64,000 nucleotides of DNA from NCBI RefSeq assembly GCF_963921235.1, contig NC_086109.1:5706001-5770000 (forward strand). The letters run 5' to 3'. The notes under the pieces were generated by a model that saw nothing but the letters and a program-made list of their open reading frames with translations, was not told the origin of the DNA and made no database searches. Origin of the DNA: Mobula hypostoma (taxonomy: Eukaryota). Position 1 is the first letter of the stretch. Each line of letters begins with the position of its first letter. The position numbers were made by a program, and so were the translations under genes. Of the stretch, positions 59,313-64,000 are shown in pieces.

Positions 59313-59843
59313 GGAGATAAGTGGTATCCAGAGCTGTCAGATTACTTCCTACTCTCGGAGTCAGCTCCTGCAACCATCATGGAGTAGGTCCCAGAACCTA
59401 AAATTATTTCAGCCACAAGTCTCTCCTGCCAAGCAGACTGACCCCACCCCCCACCTCCCGTCAGGAAAGATGTTATCCCACAAGAGTAAGAAGTCCTCCA
59501 CAGTGATGAAATCTTTAGGCCTGAATGGGACAATTTAAAATTTACTGTGCTGTGGATGTCTGTATAGTAGTTGTATTACTGTCCCTAATTAAGCCATAGT
59601 TTTCCAAACGCATAGAATTCCTATCCCCAAGAGTCCTCTCCCTAACAAGTGGTCAGTGGTAGCCCAAGTGCAGAGGGAGAGATTCGGACCCAAAATGAAG
59701 AGTTCACTGAGTTTAATAAGAACTGTTCAGAATTAAGGAAAATTATAAAAAGCTAGGCTAACAGGACTCTCACTAAAAACACTCAAACTAAATAAAACCT
59801 AATGCCATCACTGTGGCTCGAAAGCAGTAACCTAGAGCTAAAT

Positions 59844-60261
59844 GGGTGGTGGGGTTTAAATACATCTCTACTAAAGGACGTGTAAGGTGATCCTTCCCTC
59901 CGCTAGCTGCAGGTCACCCTCGGGCAAGGTGTAGCACCTGCTTAGCCCCCCGATCAGGGTCACGTGAGCCACGGGAGCAGGTGGTGGATGGTCGTATGAG
60001 CAGCTGGTGCACATCACAAGTCCTGGTTATGTGACCACTGACGCCAGGCAGACAATCTCTGAAGAGTATTGATAATAGCTGGGGTCACCCATCCAGACAC
60101 CGTCAAGAAGGAGGCAATTGCAAACCACTTCCACATGAGGAATTTGCCAAGAATAATCATGGTCATGGGAAGAGAAAAGAATAGAAGAGCTTATTGATTA
60201 AAGACAAATGGAAGACCATGGTCACCCACGTCATACAACATGGCACATAATGATGATGATG
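59844..60261 (+). mobile_element. Non-autonomous RTE-like short element, family B
   Basis: Perfect 10-bp TSD agagctaaat (59834-59843, 60262-60271); ggcacataa(tga)n tail. Confidence 0.82.
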
Positions 60262-60559
60262 AGAGCTAAATTAATATCGCTCCTTTAACAGCGTCAAAAT
60301 AGATGCCTAATCTTTCTGAGAACATGAACTGAGGTAAGCAGAGAGTATTGCTATCACTATGCATCAATTTAGACTTCGTGAGGTTGAAAGAAAAGGAAGA
60401 GAGTTAAATACAATTACAAAGGAACCCTAATTAACTGGACCGTGTGTGTTCTCAGGGATGTGATTGCCGACTTCTTTCAGCTGCCCACCTGCTAGAGCAT
60501 CTAGCCTCTGTGGCAGTGTCCACAGTTGTGAGACTCCCTGCTACTGATGTGAGACCCAC

Positions 60560-60939
60560 CTGTCACGGTGAGCACTGGCAACGACTGAACCCAGGTACGG
60601 GGAATGGCAGGTTCTGTCACGGTGAGCGCTGGCAACGACTGAACCCAGGTACGGGGAATGGCAGGTTCTGTCATGGTGAGCGCTGGCAACAATTGAATCC
60701 AGGTATGGGGAATGGCAGATTCTGTCATGGTGAGCGCTGGCAATGACTGAACCCAGGTACAAGGAAAAGCAGATTCTGTCACGGTGAGTGCTGGCAACGA
60801 CTGAACCCAGGTATGAGGAAAGGCAGATTCTGTCACGGTGAGTGCTGGCAATGACTAAACCCAGGTGTGGAGAAACAGCAGATTCTGTCACGGTGAGCAC
60901 TGACAACGACTGAACCCAGGTGCAGGAGAAAGGCAGACT
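60560..60939. repeat. Minisatellite, about 7 x 54 bp
   Basis: Unit ctgtcacggtgagcgctggcaacgactgaacccaggtacggggaatggcaggtt. Confidence 0.95.
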
Positions 60940-61214
60940 CCCATGTAGAGATGGAAACAAGAGGTTCTACATGGGAATTCCAACAGAGCATCAGCGGCAG
61001 GATCGAGTGACACCGTGAGACAAATCATTCTCAACACTAGGACCCCATAATCAGTGCTGAACAGGAGTCTGCAATACATAAGCATAGAAAGCAGGAAACC
61101 CGTGTCAGTCACAATTGACTTGAAAAGATTACACTGAAAGCACAAGGACTTAATGACTCTCGTTAAGACAATACAGGTGCTCGAGAAAACCCAGAAGATA
61201 TGGTAGAGTCTCCA

Positions 61215-61858
61215 TTTCCTCAAGAAGAAGGCACAGCAGTCTCCACTTCTTAAGGAGTGAGGCTCCCCATCCTCCCACCATCTTAATTGCATTCTCTAGG
61301 AGCACCATTGAGAGCATCCTGACAAGTTGCATCTCCATCTGGTCCTCGGTATGGGAGCAGCCGACCATCGGACCAGAAGTCCTTACAAAGCACTGTGCGG
61401 TCAAGAGGATGATAGGGGTCTCCCTACTATCCATCAGGGATGTTTATCAGAAGAGCTGCATACACGGGGCCCTTAGCATTATTAAGGATCCCACCCATCC
61501 ATCCAGTATCCCCTTTGACTTTCTGCCATCAGGCAGGAGACTCTGATGCATAAAAACAAGAATGGTCAGAATAGGGAACAGTTTTTCCCCCAAAATATTA
61601 GGCTTCTGAATTCACTGCCACATCATATTCAGAGTGTCACTGGTTAATCTAAACCTTGTTCTATACTTTCCAATATTTAATTTATGCTCTTTAGTTTGTG
61701 TATCTATGTGGGTAATCCATCTGTAGGTTTCATCCTTACCTTCATAAGTTACTGTGCGTTTTGTGTACTGCAATGCTTTACACCCTGGTTCGGAGAAACG
61801 GTGTCTTGCTTGATAGCGTACGTGCATATAGTTAAATGACAATAAACTTGACTTGACT
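61215..61858 (+). mobile_element. Rex1/Babar-like 3' fragment
   Basis: FSRSTIESILTSCISIW; KDPTHPSSIPFDFLPSGRR; (acttg)n tail. Confidence 0.8.
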
Positions 61859-61994
61859 AGAAGCCCAGTGCTCTACATCAAGCCACAGAGGCCTGCAGGA
61901 CTCACGGCAGTCACCATCAATAGCTTCCAGGCTAAAGTCCGTATCCTTTCTTGAATATAGGTAAAAAAAAAATCAAATTAAAATTCAGCTGGCC

Positions 61995-63112
61995 TGATTA
62001 GTAAGTTTGCAGATGACACAAGGATTGGTGGAGATGTGAATATTGATGAAGGTTGCCGAAGGTTCAGAGCATGAGTGAGTTAAGCTGGAAACTTGGATAG
62101 AGGAATAGCAGGTGGAGTTGAATTCATACAAACGTGAGGTGATATATTTTGGGCAGGTGAATCTCAGAGGAAAGTATGCAATAAATAGCAGGACTCTGAG
62201 GACCATTGATGTACAGAGGGACTTGAAATGCAAGTTGCTTGTTCCCTGAAGGTAGCAGCACAAATGGGTCAGATTATCAAGAAGGTGTACACTACAGCAT
62301 ACATGCTTTCAAAGGTTCAGCTTACTTACTGCCCATTACGCTGCTGGTGTTTAGGGCAGCAATGAAGGTCGTCCATCTCTGAAGGCGTTTCCGGCTTCCT
62401 TCATCATGTCAGCAGCTTCCTCTTACTACCAGTTGTCCAAGTCCCAGGTGGAGACTCAGGAATACCGTCACACTCAGATGTAGAAGGATTCTTCATTGCT
62501 GTTTCTGTAACAGTTTTGTTTGACCTGTCAGGGTTGTTAGCCCTGAGCTGAACCCCCGAATCTGGAGGACCGGTGGACCACTCTTAGTCTGGCCTCTACC
62601 CTTTGGCTGACCCTGCCAAAGCATAAAGCCCCGACCCCAGCCAACACAGCTCTCCGGATCATTGAGGCACACGAGCCTCCAAACCACAACAAGCATCTGT
62701 TCCTCTTGGAGGTCAAAGGTTCAGGTTCTAAGTATAAACGTCAGGAAGTCAAGTTGCAACTGTTTCAAAACTTTGATCAGGCCACATTTGGAACATTGTG
62801 TGCAATTCTGGTCACTGCATTACAGGAAGGATGTGGAGGATTTGGAGATGGTGCAGGTGAGGTTTACCAGGATGTTGCCTGGTAGTAGCTAAGCAGAGAT
62901 TGAAGAAAAGATGCATTACTTTTTTTTGCTAAAGCGTAGGAAGCTGAAAGATGATCTGATGGAAAGATTTAAGATTACAATAGTCATAAATAGACAGACA
63001 AAATCTTTTCTGTCTGGGTAGAAGTGTCAAATACCAAGGGGCATAGGTACTACGTGAGAGGGCAAAGTTCAATGGAGACATAAAACGCAAGATTTTGCAC
63101 ACAGAGTGGTGG
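61995..63112 (+). mobile_element. Old CR1 ORF2 3' fragment
   Basis: [31 protein letters not shown]. Confidence 0.85.
62321..62712 (-). mobile_element. Non-autonomous RTE-like short element, family D
   Basis: Perfect 12-bp TSD tcaaaggttcag (62309-62320, 62713-62724); RTE-type 5' end and (agta)n tail. Confidence 0.8.
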
Positions 63113-63192
63113 CAGGAAGATGGAATTAGTTTGATCTTCATGATTGGCGCAGATCTCTTGAGCCAAAAAAACCTCGTTCGGTGCTGTTCTAG

Positions 63193-63602
63193 CCATAAGA
63201 CCAAAAGACACAAGAGTAGAATTAGGCCAGTCGGCCCATCAAGTCTTCTCCGCCATTCCATCATGGTTGATTCATTTTTCACCTCAATCCCATTCTGCTA
63301 CCTTCTCCCCGTAACCTCTCACGCTTTGATCCATCAACCTCTGCCTTAAATATACCCAATGACTTGGCCTCCACAGCTGCCTGTGGCAATGAATTCCACA
63401 GATTCACCATCCCTCAGGCTAAAAAAAAATCATCCTCATCTCCATTTTAAATGGATGTCCCTCTATTCTGAAGCTGTGCCCTCTGGTCCTAGACGCCCCC
63501 ACCAAAGAAAGCATGCTCTTCACATCCACTTTATCCAGGCCTTTCAACATTTGATATGTTTCGGTAACATCATTCCCACCCCCCACCCATTCTTCTAAAT
63601 TC
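63193..63602 (-). mobile_element. CR1 LINE 3' fragment
   Basis: ccataagacc tail and 3'UTR like 19108-19330. Confidence 0.85.
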
Positions 63603-63729
63603 AGTTCTGTTCTGTTCTATCTATCTATCACTTAGAGGAAAAATAGGGACAGCATGCAAACTCCACACCGACAGCATCAATCTGGAAGCCACGATAGTCA
63701 TAGAATCATAGAAAGAAAGCCTTCGGCCC

Positions 63730-64000
63730 CTCTCCCGCTCCTTCTCTTTCTCACTCTCTCCATCTCTCTCACTCCCTCACATGCTCTTTCTCTCACTCTC
63801 TCTCACTCACACTCTCTCTTACTCTCGCTGTCTCACTCTCTCTCTCTCAATCTCACTCTCTCACACAGACTATCTCACTCTCTCACTTACTTTCTCACTC
63901 TCTCCCACTCTCTTTCTCTCTCTATTGCTTTCTCTCTCACTCTCACACATTCCCTCTCTCACTCTCTCTCTCACTCACTCTCTCTCTCTAACTCCATCAC
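63730..64000. repeat. (CT)n/(CACT) low-complexity tract
   Basis: Direct inspection. Confidence 0.95.

Larger units (their letters stand above)
57049..59578 (+). mobile_element. Decayed non-autonomous Gypsy-type LTR retrotransposon (5'LTR, PBS, gag start, protease, pol C-terminus)
   Basis: LTR-like 57049-57305; PBS-like tggcgatgag at 57931; gag-like AGCIRKIDMFDYIKDNWNVYIELI*QHFEAS*IANEEQVPILLRALGLKAYSLLQSLTAPTRPAE (58207-58403); protease-like KLKPADIQLRTCTGEKITPVG..LHIVKTGG*ALWGCEWL (58525-58700); pol end ERCYPTRVRSPPQ (about 59465-59503). No 3'LTR seen. Confidence 0.8.
59650..61170 (-). mobile_element. Possible large LTR-like element (boundaries uncertain)
   Basis: Opening (cccaagtgcag..gacccaaaatg, tttaat) resembles the LTRs at 4590 and 36574; it also carries internal tandem repeats; no TSD identified. 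Confidence 0.35.

Noticed and set aside
60560..60939. CRISPR-like regular array
   Set aside because: Head-to-tail tandem units with no unique spacers, no cas genes, eukaryotic context.

Overview
Repeat-dense (mostly transposon-derived) eukaryotic DNA. The repeat families (CR1/HER-type LINEs, V-domain tRNA SINEs, Rex1/Babar, RTE, Tx1, Penelope-like, Gypsy) point to a cartilaginous fish, probably a ray or shark; that assignment is inference. No intact host protein-coding gene can be supported. Long ORFs are CR1 ORF1/ORF2 pieces, Rex1/RTE RT C-termini, their antisense shadows, or microsatellite artefacts. Three observations stand out. (1) A decayed Gypsy-type LTR element at about 57.0-59.6 kb has most of pol replaced by an apparently intronless fragment of the splicing-factor gene RBM25, which suggests LTR-mediated host mRNA capture or a retrocopy. 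(2) About 15 copies of a minimal hammerhead-ribozyme motif sit in the 3' ends of Penelope-like elements, at least two with intact cores. (3) There are several families of ORF-less, TSD-flanked, RTE-like short elements, and solo LTRs nested in CR1 ORF2. All calls were made by eye. Boundaries without a stated TSD are approximate.
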